A stretch of 64,000 nucleotides of DNA. Origin: Octopus sinensis (taxonomy: Eukaryota). Location of the stretch: the NCBI RefSeq assembly GCF_006345805.1, contig NC_042998.1:170934001-170998000 (forward strand). The letters are read 5' to 3'. This document shows positions 37,101 through 53,049 of this stretch, piece after piece (the stretch's first letter is position 1; each line of letters opens with the position of its first letter). A program made the position numbers and the translations under genes. Under the pieces are notes generated by a model, which saw only the letters and a list, made by a program, of their open reading frames with translations, was not told where the DNA came from and did not search any database.

Positions 37101-40100
37101 GACCTATGATTAAATGTATTCTCTAATCTGGACTGTCCTATTTAAGATTGACTAGGATTAAATTATTTAATGCCCTCTCTCTTTCTAGACTGTAGTGTGG
37201 TTTGAATGAGATTTGTCTGCTATATCTAGTAGGTTGAGAGACCATGTAAAAAATCTCCAGTGAACAAATAATAGAAATTTTATTAAAAGATATTGGCCAC
37301 ATTAGTTTCTAGCCATTTATAGACATATTACAGTGAAACTATAACTAATTGATCACAGTTGTCTGCACAAGGGAGCCTCAAAATAGTCACTCAAGATTTT
37401 AGAAATAGCAACCAAGTTTCTTTCATATCACATCCTACCTTCTTAAAAAGGATGATCATATTTAATAATGTAATTCTAAATCCACTCTGAAAAAAGGAAA
37501 ACAGAATGATTATAGCTGGAACACATTTGATTATAAGTCTGTTTGACCACGGCTGATCTGAGGTCCAGTAACTATTACAGTTTCATTCTCCATGGTATTT
37601 CTATTTCTGACTAGAACCTTATATAGATGAAATATTGGACAAAATTTCTTTTACTCTTTCATCAGCATAATTATGGCTTTTACTTGGTAACATGTCTTCT
37701 CATATAGATGGTGAACTGAACACCATTGTCTGCTTTTTGGGGGTCTTTAGCAGAGACCTTTCTGTTCTAAGTATAAAGAACAATTCTCTGAAATTAGAAG
37801 AGTTTTCTTTCCCTCTTTTCTGTCATCACTCTTGGAGATGTTTTGAAAAGGTGTAGGCAGATTTTTCTCTATTGATTATCTCATCAAAAAACAAAACAAA
37901 ACTCCCTCCCCACCAAAAAAAATAACCCCAAAATTAAATCTATTGGATTTGTCAATCAACAATATTAGAAATTTTATTGAAATTATGCACTAAGTCTTTT
38001 CTTTAAGATGGTTTACACTCTGTAATTTCATCAAAAGTTTGAGGGGGAAGTTCAGTACTCATAGCCTTTCCTGGTTCTTTTGGACTGATGGGGGTATATA
38101 ACTTGGTAGAATAATATGGGTAATTTTCAGTGTGAAATTTTGAAAATTATGGATTAAGGCACAGAAAGTTTCTTTTTGGAAGCAGATACAGGAAAAAAGA
38201 AGTAGATTCAATCAATTTAACCTCTGTATAATGTAAAACTATGCAGTTTTACAATATACATCGCAGTTGTATACCTGTATAGTTTCACAATATGCATCAC
38301 GTAAACTTAAACATTTAGGTATTCTAAAAGAAATGTCTTTCTACTTATTTCACAGATGACCTACTGTCATCCAATGTAGTTTGTTGTTGCTACAGCAGAG
38401 TTCAGTCAACAAATCAACTCCAGTATATTATAGATATTGTTTTACTGTCATGGAAAGATGAAAAACAGACCCCAAACCACAAAGGATGCAACTGATTACA
38501 GCAATTCCTTTAGCTTGTCACTCCGCTGTTTCAATTATTTTTTATTGATATAGCATGGGTATAATAAAATACTTAAGTTATGTTTACCTGAGTCAAAAAA
38601 TTTATCCGAAAGCCTGCAGCATTTGAAATTCTGCTATTTCCTTCATTAAGGAAGTTCCCTATAGCAAGGATCATCTGAAGAGAGAAATGTAACGAGTTTT
38701 TATAAAATTGTGTATGAAAGTGAAATAAGAAAGAAATACTGGTGGAAAAATATCTTTTGGATTGCTAATCTTATCTTTTTTAGATTTTAACTTAATCCTT
38801 ACAAGACAAGTGGGTCATTCAATTGGCCTACAATTTTAGGGGTAAAAATAAAGAACAATTTCATCGAGAATATTCTTTACTGGTTTCAGTGTAGAAGAAT
38901 CAGAAGATTTCAACAACAGATAGTTACATTAAAACAGAAATAATTACAATTAACTACACATAATATTTTCCTATCAGTTGTAATAATAATATCCTCATTA
39001 GAGGTTTTACTTGGTTATTAGAATCTCACTATTTGTTTTATTGATTAGTACTTATTTTATTGACCTCTGAAGGATGGGAGGCAAAGTGGACCTCAGTATA
39101 TAGACCACCCTTACTTATCAGCCTTCAACACTTGTTCTTCATTATATTCATCCTGTAACCCATTCCTTATCTCTAACCATCTCTTACTCTCCCATACATT
39201 TTTACAACCTCAATTCACACATTTTCTGTTCTCCTGTCCCAACTCACTTCTACTCATCTTGTATCTTGAGGGAATACTTTGAAACTGCAGCACCTCTATT
39301 TTTATATTTTTCCAGCTCTTTCTTGGCCATCCCACCCTCTCTTTCAAAGGGTGAATAGCCATGTAGTTATCTCTACAGCAAGAAACCTGCTCTGTTAAAA
39401 TCCCCTCTTTCAGTATTTAATCTCTCATCCCATAGTAAAATGCTGCCTTCATCTCTACTGTAATCCCACCCAGTTGAAGAAAATCTTAGTTTTGCTGAGG
39501 ACATGACAACCTCACAAGTGCTGGTGCCATGAAAAAAGGCACCCAGTACATGATGTAAAGTGGTTGGCATTAGGAATGGCATTCAATCAGAGAAACCATG
39601 TAAAGGCAAACATTTGAATAGAATACAATCTTTGAATCCATCAAATCTTGTCAAAGCATCGCACCTATGCCAGCATGGAATATGGATGTTAAACAATGAT
39701 GCTCATGATGATATATGCATGTGTGTGTGAATGTTTTGATTCCTTGCTTTACAGGAAAAGCATTGAACTACAAACAGTGACATTTATTGTTTTTCCTTGT
39801 CAACAAATTGTCTGCCAGTTTTGTGTTTGTGAAGACACAGGGAAAAAGGTCCCTTGCCTGAAAACAGGTAAAGGTTAGCAATAAGAAGGGCAGCCAACTG
39901 TAAGAAAACCTTGTCAATAATATGTATAGAAGGACATGGTCTAGAATCTTTATTCTGTCACAAATATGTGAGCGGTAGTTTTGTGTGTATTCGGGGTGGG
40001 TGTAATTATGACTTACTTATAAGGTTAGTATCTGTTCAAATTTGAAGTCATTTTTTAATGACTGTGTTGTGTGACATTAAAACATGATGCTTACCTGTAA

Positions 40101-43100
40101 AACATTTACTAAAAGATTGCTTTTCCTTAGTTCTACTGAAGCTGTCATGATGTTGTGGATAATCTACAAATGAAACAGCAAAATATTATAACAACAACTG
40201 CAACAGCAGCAACAACAACTGATTATGGAAACTACCATGCCAGGAGTGGGGAACCTGTTGCCAGTTAGAGATAGACCCAGGAAGGCATGGGACAAGGTAG
40301 TGAAGCATGATCTTTGAACTTTGAGCCTCACAGAGGCAATGTCTAGTGACCAAGACATTTGGTGATTTGCTGTGCTTCAGAGGATGCATCGAGCCAAGTG
40401 CACCTGTGCTGGTGGGATGTAAAGAACGTCTTTTGAATGTTGGGCCTCACAGAAGCAAAGTGGTTGAGTTTCTTTTGAGAATTTAGTAAAATAGCTTAGT
40501 TATCATTCAGCTAGTGTTAGGAACATAAATTGTGACTAAGCTTTGGTGGAAGATTTTAATTCAAAATTTATGAAAACAGGACATTTGTACTCAGAGCCAG
40601 AGCTGGTTTCAGCCGAGTTGGCGATGAAAGGGTTAAACTGAGCATCAACCAAATATATTTACTATGTATGTTCTTTTGACTTTTGTTGCTTTTATTTTTA
40701 TTTTCAATTTGCCTATATATATGGGTGTGTGTATACACACACACATGCACACATACATACATACATACATACATACATACATACATACATACATACATAC
40801 ATACACACATACATATACATACATACATACATACACACACACATACATATACATACATACATACATACATACATACATACATACATACACGCACACATAC
40901 ATACATATATACATGTGTGTGTGTGTGTGTATTATATTGGTTTATATTTGACCCTCCAAATTTGACAATTTATGTTGTTTTTTTTCTACATCACTCTAAC
41001 TTGATGGTTCAGCAAAAGAGATCATTAGAACAAGTAAGAGACTTTAAAAAATAAGTAAACTGGTAGATTTGTTTGACCAAATTCTTCGAAGCGGTGCTCC
41101 AGCCTGATCACAGTTCAATGACTAAAACAAGGAAAAGATAAAAAATAAAAATAGGAAGATATTTCAAGGTGCAGGTGTAGCTATGTGGTAAAAAGTTTGC
41201 TTCTCAACTCCATGGCTATTGGTTCAGTCCCACTCCATGGCACCTTGAGCAAATGTCTTCTCCCAAAGCCTTGTGAGTGGATTTGGCAGACAGAAACTGA
41301 AAGAAGCACATTATAGGTATGCGTGTAATGTATACATATAATATACATGCATATGTATGTGCATATGTGTGCATGTGAGTGTGTTTATTATGTCTCCTTG
41401 CCTTGAGAGTTGTATACGATTGTCATTTTCATACAAACAAGGTCACTCATTTCCAATTTTCTGTGAGAACATATCTGGCCATGGAGGAGTATTACTTTGC
41501 TTGGCAACAGGTGAGGGTTGGTAACAAGAAAGGTACCTAGTCATAGAAAATCTGCCTGAACAAATTCATCTGGCCCATGCAAGAATGGAAAAGTGGACAT
41601 TAAATGGTAATAATTTCTAGCTTAGTTTTGAAAGAATTTTGTGTTTATAAACTATAGTTGAATGAGATCTATATCAATAATATTCTAGGTAAAACTAGAA
41701 ATGTATTCTAATATAGAATTAATCTTATTATTCTAAAAGAAGGCAAAAACAGTATTTAGATCAAACTTTATGCAAATATTGTATTCACCGAATTTAATTT
41801 AGTGATTCTTTCTTTGAAATCAGCACGGAACAACAACACTTTGAGTCGGTCTTCATAGCTTGGGATTTTTATCAGCTGAAATACAGAAAAAGATATTTAT
41901 TGGCTGGATTACAGGCTATGTGGTCATGTATACAAACCTTATTTTGGCTGTTGTTTCACTCCTGGGTGAGATATTGATGGCCTGACTATCGGAGTTGTTG
42001 GTTTATATTTTATTATATCTAACACTTTGACACAAGAAGACATGGGATGGAGTGATGAGGCCTGATCTTAGGATGTTGGGGCTCATGGAGCAAATGACAA
42101 TGGACCAAGATGTTTGGCAATATGAGGTACTAGAGAAGACACGGCCATGTCAATGAAACAGTGCTAGAAGAGTTGTTTCTCATCCACTTGTAACAACAAA
42201 CTTTTTACACACTCTACCCCAAGAAACCAAACTACATCTATTGTCTTCCAATGCCCTCACTGCTCACTGCTTCACCTCCACCATTCTGCCCAGGTTTTCA
42301 CCAGTTACTGCAACCCCCCCACTCCTTACTTGTGCCTTATTGACAACACCTGACCATGTATATTGCAACCTTTGTACTGTCCTCTTCTTTACTCTACCAT
42401 CACATCTACCTCTGATCCTTGTTAATTGTGAATATACCCTGGAACTTCACCATCTATCTCCTGCTCTCTCTTACACTGCTGCTGTTTCCTACTTTCTCTC
42501 TCTTTCCTTTGCTCTTCCCTCTGGCTGGGTAACCATATATCTCCTCTACAGCAATAACCTATTTCTGCCCTCATTCTTGGTCATTCTCTCTCTCCTCTTG
42601 TTTTCCCTCTGACTAGGTAACCAAGTATCTCCTTTACATTAGCACATCTGTTTCTGTCCTCTTTCGTGTATCTCTCTCCCTTCCTCTCCCTCCCTCTCTC
42701 TCTCTTACTGGGTGACCATGTACCTCCTCTATAGCAAGACACCTATTTCTACTTCTCTATTTCTCTGTCACACTAATCTTTCATCTGATACTGGGTCACC
42801 CCCTCCAATATCCCCTCTTTAATAACAAAACACCTGTTTCTGCCTCTGTCTCTTTGTCACACTCTAACCTTTCATCCTCTGACACAAGTTCCCCTCCTCA
42901 AATGCCCCCCTCATAATCCCTTGACTTATGAGTTACTTGGTGACCCTGCCAGTGGTGGTGCCAAGTAAAAAGCATCCAGTCTACACTGTAAAGTGGTTGG
43001 CATTTGGAAGGGTATCCAGCAGTAAAAACCATGCCAAAACTAACCCTGCCTGTGCTAGTGCCATGTAAAAAGCACCGAGTCCACTCTGCAGAGTGGTTGA

Positions 43101-45512
43101 TGTTGGGAAGGGTATCCAACCACAAAAACCCTGCCGAATCAGACACAGTAGCCCAGGGTAGTTTTTATACCTGGCTGGCTCCTGTCAACCACCCTACTCA
43201 TGCATGCATGCATGGAAAATGGATGTTAAATGATGATGATGATGACGAACACTTTGATGTATCAATAGTCAAGACAAGTCTTGTTAATCCAGTCCATCCA
43301 CCTGTAAGTGGGTACATGATAGATCCCAATTACCTTTGCAAATAACAGATATGGCACATGGTTAATAAATGCTTAGTTGATTTGCAGGGCTGAACTCAAA
43401 TTTGGAAAATGGTTTGAGTCATAATAGAAGTACATATGAGTGAAGTCTGCCTGTGTGACAGCTGATTTCATTCTTTCCATTAGAGTGATTAATAATAGTA
43501 AGTACAGCCAACTGTAATTTGCTCCAACAAAAACAAATTAATTCAACCTATTTTTTGTTTTAATGGTAACACAACAAAAGCAAAGGAAAATAACTGAATT
43601 TGGTTTAATTTAAATGACATCAAGTTGGGTAACTTTTCCATTTGCTGAGTTTGGAGGAAGGGGAGGTGCTTGTGATGTTTTGAAGGCCCAACAGGACTGG
43701 TGAGCCTGACATCATCAATTTTTGGTTTAAATTTCTGCTGGTTAACACCTACTGGAAAGATGTAGGCAGGGAGGGCCAAAGTTCTTGAGAGAAATAACTA
43801 GGTATACTGGTTAGTGCAAGGTTGATGGGGTTAGAGTTTGGATGCAACAAAGGTGATGACAGTTGGATAAATGAGTGGATTGGGAGAGCCTGAGTGGTGG
43901 ATGTATGAGATCAGTCAGTTCTAAGGAAGGGAAACCATAACTGTAGTGATAGAAAAGACAAAGAGGAGACAGAATGCCTGTAGGTCAGAGGCTGAGTTAG
44001 TGACTGAGTACTCATCAGTTAAGTAACTCTCCCCTAGATGTGTGTGTGTGTGTGTGCATAGCAGTACCTATACCCCATTTCTACTTTATGGTTCTTTTAC
44101 TCTCCACTTTTCTGTTTTATTGCGTTTCATTTTATTGTGTTTCATTCGGCATCAGTTGTTAGTTGTCGGAGCACTGCATCCTTCAAAACTTCCATGCTCT
44201 CTGAGATTCGTCAACACTATACCTGATTTTCTCTCCCCATACACACAAGCATGTATCTAACTCATACATTGTTCGCTTTCCAGACATTTGTACATTACTG
44301 CATATACTTTATACGTACTTTCTGACAAGTTGTGGTGCACCTGAGCACTGTACACAATAATTTCCTTATATATTATATATTCTGTGTACTATGCAGGAAC
44401 TTTTGGCTATCATTGCTGTCTTTCTTGCTTCTCTTTTACACTTTGCTGATAAGTTGTAGTGCACCTGAGCACTGTATACAATAGGCTCATTATTATAATT
44501 GTTTCAAACTTTGGTACAAGGACAGCGACTTTAGGAGAAGTGTGTTAGTCAGTATTACTGACTCCAGTACTTAAATGATACTTTATTGACACTGAAAGGA
44601 CGAAAGGCAAATTTGACCCCAGCAGGATTTGAACTCAGAACATAAAGAGCTAGAAGAAATGCTGTTAAGCATTTTGTGTGATATGCTAAGAATTAGAATA
44701 ATATCACCCTGGATAAAAAATGTTAGTTTATTGTTTGTAACTTTCCTTTTGAAGACCTGTTTATACTCTTAAGTCAGAGACAAGTAAAATGTATTCTGTT
44801 GTTATCATGGAAGACTAAGATTTTAAACTTGATCAAATTTTAGTCTTATTTTTTTCATGAGGTAAGTGTATACATCAGCATATTTCTGGGCAGAACAATT
44901 ATTACCTCATGAGATATTTCCCTTAACTATGGAGGATGTTAACAAGAAATTCAAGAAAAATATAACCTGGGATAAATTGAAATCCTTTCAAGAGTGAGGC
45001 TTGTCTTTAATTTGCCCTATGTTGAATAATCAAGATAGAAGTACAAGTGTAACTATTTCTTACTAAATATCAATCATTTTAAGGTAGAGGAGTGATACAG
45101 TTGCTTCATATGATGAATTAAAAGCATTGTAGTATTTAGTTACATACCCCTATATTCTGAAATCAAATCTGGCTGGAGCCAACTTTGATTTTCTTTACTC
45201 ACAGAATCAATAAGCATTTGTTATGTACTGTGCCGGTGGCACGTAAAAGCACCCACTACACTCTCGGAGTGGTTGGCGTTAGGAAGGGCATCCAGCTGTG
45301 GAAACTCTGCCAGATCAGATTGGAGTCTGGTTTGCCAGACCTCAGTCAAATCGTCCAACCCATGCTAGCATGGAAAGTGGACGTTAAATGATGATGATGA
45401 TTAGCTCACCCACTTCTCTACATATCTGTATCCTTGGATCAGTGGGAGAAACCATTATTTCTTATAATGATTGTATGTATGTGTGTGTGTGTTTACATGC
45501 TCTTACATAGGT

Positions 45513-45582
<70 letters not shown>

Positions 45583-48500
45583 CTCTCTTACTCTCTGTCT
45601 CTCTTTTTCTTTTTCTTTCTCTCACAAAAATGCTCATTCACTTTCCAGGAGTTACACTCTTTCCTTCTCTTATTCTCTCTCTCTTACTCTTTGTCTTGAA
45701 AAGATAAAAAAAGAACATGTAACAATAATCAAGACTCTACCCCTTTGCCATGCTGCTGCCAAAGCAAAACAAATCGGAAATCAAAGAGAAGAATCCTTAC
45801 TTCACAAGTTACTTGGTCAGCTTGGTTTAAGTCTCCGATCTTTCCATTATAGTTTTTAAATTCTTCTTGCTACATGGAATTTAGAAAAATTAAAAAAACA
45901 TGTTCATAATAATTTTTCAATGTTTATTCAGTATTTACTTTTGGAATATAAGAGAGAAAATCTGAAAAAATATTCTAGGTTTGTCTGTTTTTGTTACCTC
46001 TGATTTGCTTGGACAGTACACTAACAGTTGGCGCAAGAATTCATAAGTTAGGAGCTTATCATCAACTGACAATATTGCTGCTTTTATGCTGGAACTTGGT
46101 AATTTCAAATGTCCAAGTAGAATGGCTGAAAGAAATATATCAAATATATACTGTATATATACACGGTATCCATAAAGTCTCTTTACAATTTCAAAAATTT
46201 ATTACAAAAACAATTTATGAGATATGTTTGTTAGATTTGTTCTATGTACTCAGTGGTTATGAAAGGTGAAATTAATTATATTCAGATAATTAGTAAATTG
46301 AATTAATATAGATATGTTTTACTTACAAATGTTGTATGATTTTCTTGAATCCAAGATGGATACGATTTTCTTCTTTACAACTTTACTTTTCTCTAAAAAA
46401 AGAAACTTCTTATTTAAATGGCATTGTTTAAAAAAAAAGTGTCTTCTTACTCTGTCAGCATGGAATCATGACTGGTTGCTTTGATAGAGTGTTAGATTAC
46501 CAGAAGAAATGTTGACTGTTTGTATCCCATCATTGACATTTAGCATGGCAAACCAAAAACATAAACAAAACAAAAGAAACAAGAGAAAAACCAATGAAAT
46601 ATAAAAAACAAATAAAAACTTTTATTTATTGATAAATTTTTCTTATTACCTGGCTCACTGGTTTTAAGTGCAAACCTCTTTTCTAGATTCAAAAGAGGGA
46701 TAATATCATCTGTATCACTTTTATTAACCTAAAAAAGAAAAGAGAAGATTATGTGAACAACAAGTGGAAAAGTTTCATGCCCAGGGCCCTTGCATCACCT
46801 TAACCCTTTCAATACCAACCCGGCTGAAAGCGCCTCTGGCTCTGTAGTACAAATGTCATGTTTACATAAGTTTTGAATTTAAATCTTCCACCAAACCTTA
46901 GTCACAATTTATGTTCCTAACACTAGCTTAATGATAATGAACTTATTTTATCAATTTCTTTGTTATATTCAAAATAATTGAAAGAAACGCAAAGCATCTC
47001 AAAATAAATATGGTAACAAAAGGGTTAAACATTTTTATCAGGATAAAGATTGTCACTGGTAGGAAAGAGCCTGCAAGTTGGACTGGATCTTTTAGTGCAT
47101 TTCCCTCACCTTTGATGTAATATATTCACTGTTTATGCTGCACTAAAGTACATGCACTAAAGTACATGCACTAAAGTACAACTTCAAATTTTAGCGTCTT
47201 CTGCATGTATGAAACCGTGTCTCATTAATGTGAAATTCATTTGTTTTCATACATAATGCACTGGAATTTCCTCTCCTTTCGCGATTTGCCATTAACTGCA
47301 GTGATCTCACCTGTGAGGTTGATGCAGTTAATAGAAAAATCTGTGAGGATCAACAAAGGCCATGGGCCTTCTTTTCCTGCACTAATGTACAGAAAAAACA
47401 AAATATCTACTCTCACTTCATCTCCCAATATCCAAGCAGGGAACTGTAATCACTGAGTAAATCATTCATTCAAAAATAGTTTGCTGCAAAGATGCTAACC
47501 TTATACCAAATAGTATTTTCATTTGGTTCTCCTTCAATTTTCTGCCAGTGTAGCCGTTTATTCTTCAGTTTGCTTTGAGATGTACTCATTACAAAGTTAG
47601 GAAGAGGTGGTGGCACTGGTGGAACTATTTCTGAAATATATAAACAAGTAATTTGTCAACCATTTTTTTCTTATGTTAGCATGAGACTTTATGCACATAC
47701 ATACATACATACATGCAAACACTGAAACAGCGGTAAAAATTTAATTACATCATGTAATATTATGTAACAAAGTAATGGTTGTTTCTCTCTCTCTCTCTCT
47801 CTCTCAACACACACACGCATGCACATATATAGTATATATATACATATATATTTATAAAATAATTTATCCATCAATTTAGCAATGACCTAACAACTGCTAA
47901 AAAAGTAGAAAATTAATAAAAGAAGAAAGAGAAAGAAAAAAAGAAAACAAAAACAAGTTGCCTAAAGTTAACATGTTTGTCCATTTGGCGATCACAAAAC
48001 AATGATTTCAACCATGCAACAGCACATCAAACAAGGGATGCACCTATTCACAGAAATAGAGAATCACAACTACTCTTGTCCAAACTAACACTTTCTGTGT
48101 TTCTGAAACTACAGAAGTGGTAGAATTTCATTGTCACTAATGTGTGATTTCTCCACTGCAGTAATTAAAGTTCCACTCTGCCTGTGACTCCAAAAAGTTT
48201 CATCCATCAGCAACCATTGAAGACCTTGACTGACTATGCAACAACTTGACAAAAGATCCAATGTGGATGTGATGGTGGTGGTGAGCAGAAAACCATAACT
48301 GTTCCTTCATTTACAACATGTTCTGCACATCTGAAACTTTGGAAGTGGTAGTATTTTATTATTGCAAATGTGTAGAATATCCAAGCTAACTTAACTTGAT
48401 AATTTAACTCTTAGTTGGGATGGGGTTCTGTCAGTTATGTATCACGCTGTCTTACTAGACCCAAATGCTACACTAGTGTACATTTTCTTTAAAGTGCGAA

Positions 48501-51500
48501 AGAACTGTACACACATTAGACTCACTCTGTCCTTCTTATACAATGTGTTCCACAGCAAGATAAAGTCATGACAATTGAGCTTGTATCAGAATGGTGGAAA
48601 TTTTCAAAGAAGTTGAAGAGGTGTCTCCAGACCTTGCAGTACCATTTAACTTGGTGTGTGTTTAGGCCATAAAACATTATTCCAGATGTGGTGGTGATAG
48701 AGGTAGTGACGATGGTGGTATCGACGATGATGATGATGATATTGAATTCAATTAGAGGTTACTTGAATTAGCTGGAATGTATCTCTTGAACTATGTCAAC
48801 AGGATTCTACTAAGTTTTTATTTTACCCTTCATGTTTTTGAATTTGTATTTTCTTTTCAATACAATATCTAGAACATATGGTCATACAAACATTCTTTTT
48901 GTAAGAATTAGTTCACTAAAAACACTTTGGATTGAATGTGTAAACATACCTTTCTTGTCCGTTTGAGTGTTTGATTCAAGTTGTTTTATCTTATCACTGA
49001 CGGATATATGGCTTTTAAGCCATTTCTGTGAATGGTATTTTTCATCTTCTCTCCAAGAATGCACTGGCAAATCAGATTGTGAATTAGAAAGTTCTGCCAT
49101 TTGATGAAGAACTTCAGTTGCGGTTAGTTTATCAGCACTCTTGTGTTCTTCATTTTCCCCAGTACTAGAATTATTTGATGCTTTGACTTGGTTAGAAAAC
49201 TTGTTAGAAGAATCCTTTGATGGAATCCTATCATAAGATTTTGACCTCAATTTGTTTTCAATATTGCTTCTTCTAGAATTCCTAATTTTATCTGGGATGA
49301 GCTCTTGGGATTTACTGAAAGGTTCCTGTTTAACATGCCGAAGAAGAAATTTGTTTGATTCATGGCTCTTAGAGTCCATTTTCTCATTTTTAGAATACCT
49401 GCCAGTATTTGTGGTAGAATTTTGTTTCTTTGATACTATTGGTTCTTCACAGCTTGGTGTATCATGTTCTTGCAATGTTTTCACCTTTAGAGATTCATGA
49501 GTAGGTATTATAACAGCATGACCATCTTCTTGAGCTGCTAAATCTGTCAGATCAGCTTTTAAAGAATCTAAAGATGAAAAAAAAATTTCTCAGAATTAAA
49601 CTATGAAACACAATTTAGTTTTAATTAAAACCCTGTTACTTCTTTTATAAAATTACGATATAGGCAGTCTCAAAATATCTAACTTTCTTGGTGTTACCAG
49701 AGAATTATATTAATTAAATGTATTGAGCTTAATCTTCTATTTCATCAGTTGATTTTTATTTATTTGAACCTTTGGATTTGAGACAGTATGAGTGGAATAT
49801 ATTTGCTTTCCATTGGGGTCAGATTAATAGAGAAGTGAGTGAAGGATGTTAGTGACATCTTATGAACTATGTTGTTGTTGTAGACCTTTAAGCATCCTGT
49901 CTTTTTCAAGAGTGCTTGACTACAATACCTAATGTATACTTCCCTTATTTGAGCTGGTAAGTTTTAAGTTGGAAAAATTTGGCTGCCATTTCTAACATGC
50001 CAATTGACCACACCGAAGCCCCATCCAATTAATTGAACAGCTATTTACAGAAAAGGTATTACAGCCAATGAGGGAAGAAAACTATTTTGTTTGGAAAAAT
50101 TCAAGTAAGTGATGTGATAAACATTCACTGAGTGAATATTTACTTTATAGATCAATGTTTCCCAGCCCTAGGATTCTATGAGATGTTGCTCAGTGTTTCA
50201 CAAGAAGTAGTGATAAATCAGCTAATTACATACAAAAGCAATTTGAGTCATTTTTGTGTTTACTTCTATATTCTATATTCATAATTTTCTTATACACGTT
50301 GGGAAAATCCTGGCAATTACAGGCTGTAGGACAACTTTACAAAAGAAAAATGACTCCTTCATAAAGAATTGAAGAAGAATTTGATGTAAACATAGCCCTG
50401 GTTAAGTTGAAATCTCTTTAACCCTTTTTGTGGCATTTGATGGATTTGGCATTTTCAAAACTTTTAAAGACAGTTTTATGATTTGCTTAATCTCTAATGG
50501 AATTTAATTTCTCGAAAGAGGAAGATTAATAAAGATATATCAAGAGTTTTATGTAGGAATTTCTCAAGACATGGAATGTATTTCAAGGGTTCTGTGAAAG
50601 TAAAAAGATTGAGGAACATAGCTTGAAATAATATACTCAGATAGTTGTTACACAGACCAGTGCTTCTCAAACTATTTGATGTGGCGTACCGGCAGTTTTT
50701 TTTTTCCAATGTGCCAGGGATCAGTAATATTTCTTAGTAATATACTGGAAACAGTATATATAATGAATATAATAAAAGTTGATAATTTGTAAACAAATAA
50801 TACAATATTACATAAGCATTTTATAATGTTTCTTTCTTTTCTGGAAACTTGCTGCATACTGGCAGCTGGTGGCTCACGGACCAGCACCAGTCTGCAGACC
50901 ACCACTTTGAGTGGCACTGACATAGACCAATGTCTTCAATACTTGGAAAATTTCAGATGACAACTTTCTGATCTTTGTCACAACCTGAAAAAAAGCATTA
51001 TATGAAATAATGGAAGATTGTACATGTTGGTATCTAAGTCAATGCATTTACCTTGCTTTATGATAAACTTACTTTCTCCCATTTATCAACTTTTGTAGTT
51101 TGTATCAAATAATACTGACAAATGTTGACAATTTTATTTCAAATTCACCTCCCAACTCTTACAACTGATACCTGCCAATCTCATTGCTCCTGTCAGTATC
51201 TGAAACATTTGTCTTGTACTCTTTTAATAAAAAAAAGTTATTTCAAACTTTTCTTCTGGGACCTTTCAGCCTCTCTGTCTCCTTAGATATTTATCCTGTC
51301 TCTGGCTACATTCAAGATTTTAAAACCTTATGATGTGTGAACTTTGAAACCACACTCAGCTCACTACATAAGAAAGAGAGCTACTCGGATACCTCTGACT
51401 ATATCTGTTCCTCTATATTTATCACTAAAATCACTTGTGTGAAAAAGTAAGCATAGAAGCATCTTCCTCTTTATATGTACTGATTAGCAATATGCAGTGC

Positions 51501-53013
51501 TGCAGAACACTCGACCACCTATGGTGAAATGTACCATGACACTAGAGTAATGTTTGGAAGCTGAGATATTTTGCACACTGCTAAACACACAACATTCATT
51601 TTGCTGCTTAAACCTTTTGAATCCATTGATTCCCCTCTGTTCTTGTTGCTCACTCTCCACTCATTGCTCTATTTCATTCCTGTGACTGTCCCACTCTTTA
51701 CTAAGCCTATGTATCAGAGACTGCTTTGGTCAGACCTTACCAAACTACTAGATCAATGTATAAGAGACTATACTGGGCTATCCTCTACAATTCCTTCTCT
51801 CTAGTGCATCTACTTTATAATCTGTACTCACACTCTCCTCACCCTCTCCTAAGGTCACTTCTATTACCTGCTATCACCCACCTAACATTTATCTTATCTC
51901 GTCACCAACCCTTACTTTTGTCCACCTCTGCTGTTACCAGTCAGTCTCTAGTCTTTATCTTACTCTGTCACCTTCCCATAATTTTGTCCACTTTTGCTGT
52001 ACTAAATAATCCTGTCCCTTACATCATACTACTACTTTCTTTCTTCCACCTAGTCATCAAGGCCCTTCTGATGTCATTGATCTCTTTTCTAATCTCCCTC
52101 TTTGGTCACTTGAGCAAATGTACATGCTCTAGGTTACTGTGTACTCTCAGCACTTGCAACTCTCATCCATTTTCAAACTTGATGCTGGTGTCACTGCTCT
52201 TTCTGGTTTCATGTTCGAGTTCAAAATACTCTCTACATCACATCACTCTTCCTATACTGATGCAAACCGATTGCTTGTCTTCCTTAAAAATGATGGGTGA
52301 ATGAGATTATCTTTCTAGTGCTGGTACCACAATATGCACCCAGTATTTCCTGTAATTGTTGGCAAACTGAGTGGAGAATGTATAGGGTCCAGAGGTTGTA
52401 AAATTATGTTCTCTACCACAATTAACTAAAGACCACATTCCTTTTATGAGAGATATATACTTCATTTAAAAGAGTACCATTTTAAAGTATGTCATATTTT
52501 CTTCTCACATCTAGAGTTACCATACTTCCCTTTTGATCAACATGTTCTTAGCAGTGAATCCAAAAGCTCCTTTTCTTTTATGAACTAAAGCTGAAAGCAA
52601 GGTCACCCTTTACTTATTAAAGGTATTACTCATTGTGATCAACTAAATGTGATGGGAAAAAGCTTTGTTAATCTTGGAAGATTTCAAACTATTAAACCTG
52701 AGACTTTTATAAGCAAATATATCTATTACCTTTACTTCAATGCCAACTTGTAGACTCTATCATATTACTATATCATTGATATTTCCCTACCATGAAAAAC
52801 TCCCTCAGGTTTTGTAGTCTTGCAAGCTGCATGGCAACCTTACTACCACAAAAAAAGTACACAGTACATACTGAAAAATGGTTAGCATGGAAAATATGCT
52901 AAAGCAGACACTGAAGCATAATATGGTCCTTGGACTCACTGGATCCTGTCAAATCACTCAACCCATGCCTGTATAAAACATAGACACTAAATGATGATGA
53001 TGTTGATGATGAA

Positions 53014-53049
<36 letters not shown>

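Noticed and set aside
51726-52304. 192-aa + strand ORF (also 42241-42612)
   Set aside because: Pyrimidine-rich low-complexity DNA antisense to formin introns, giving Leu/Ser-rich sequence with no domain.
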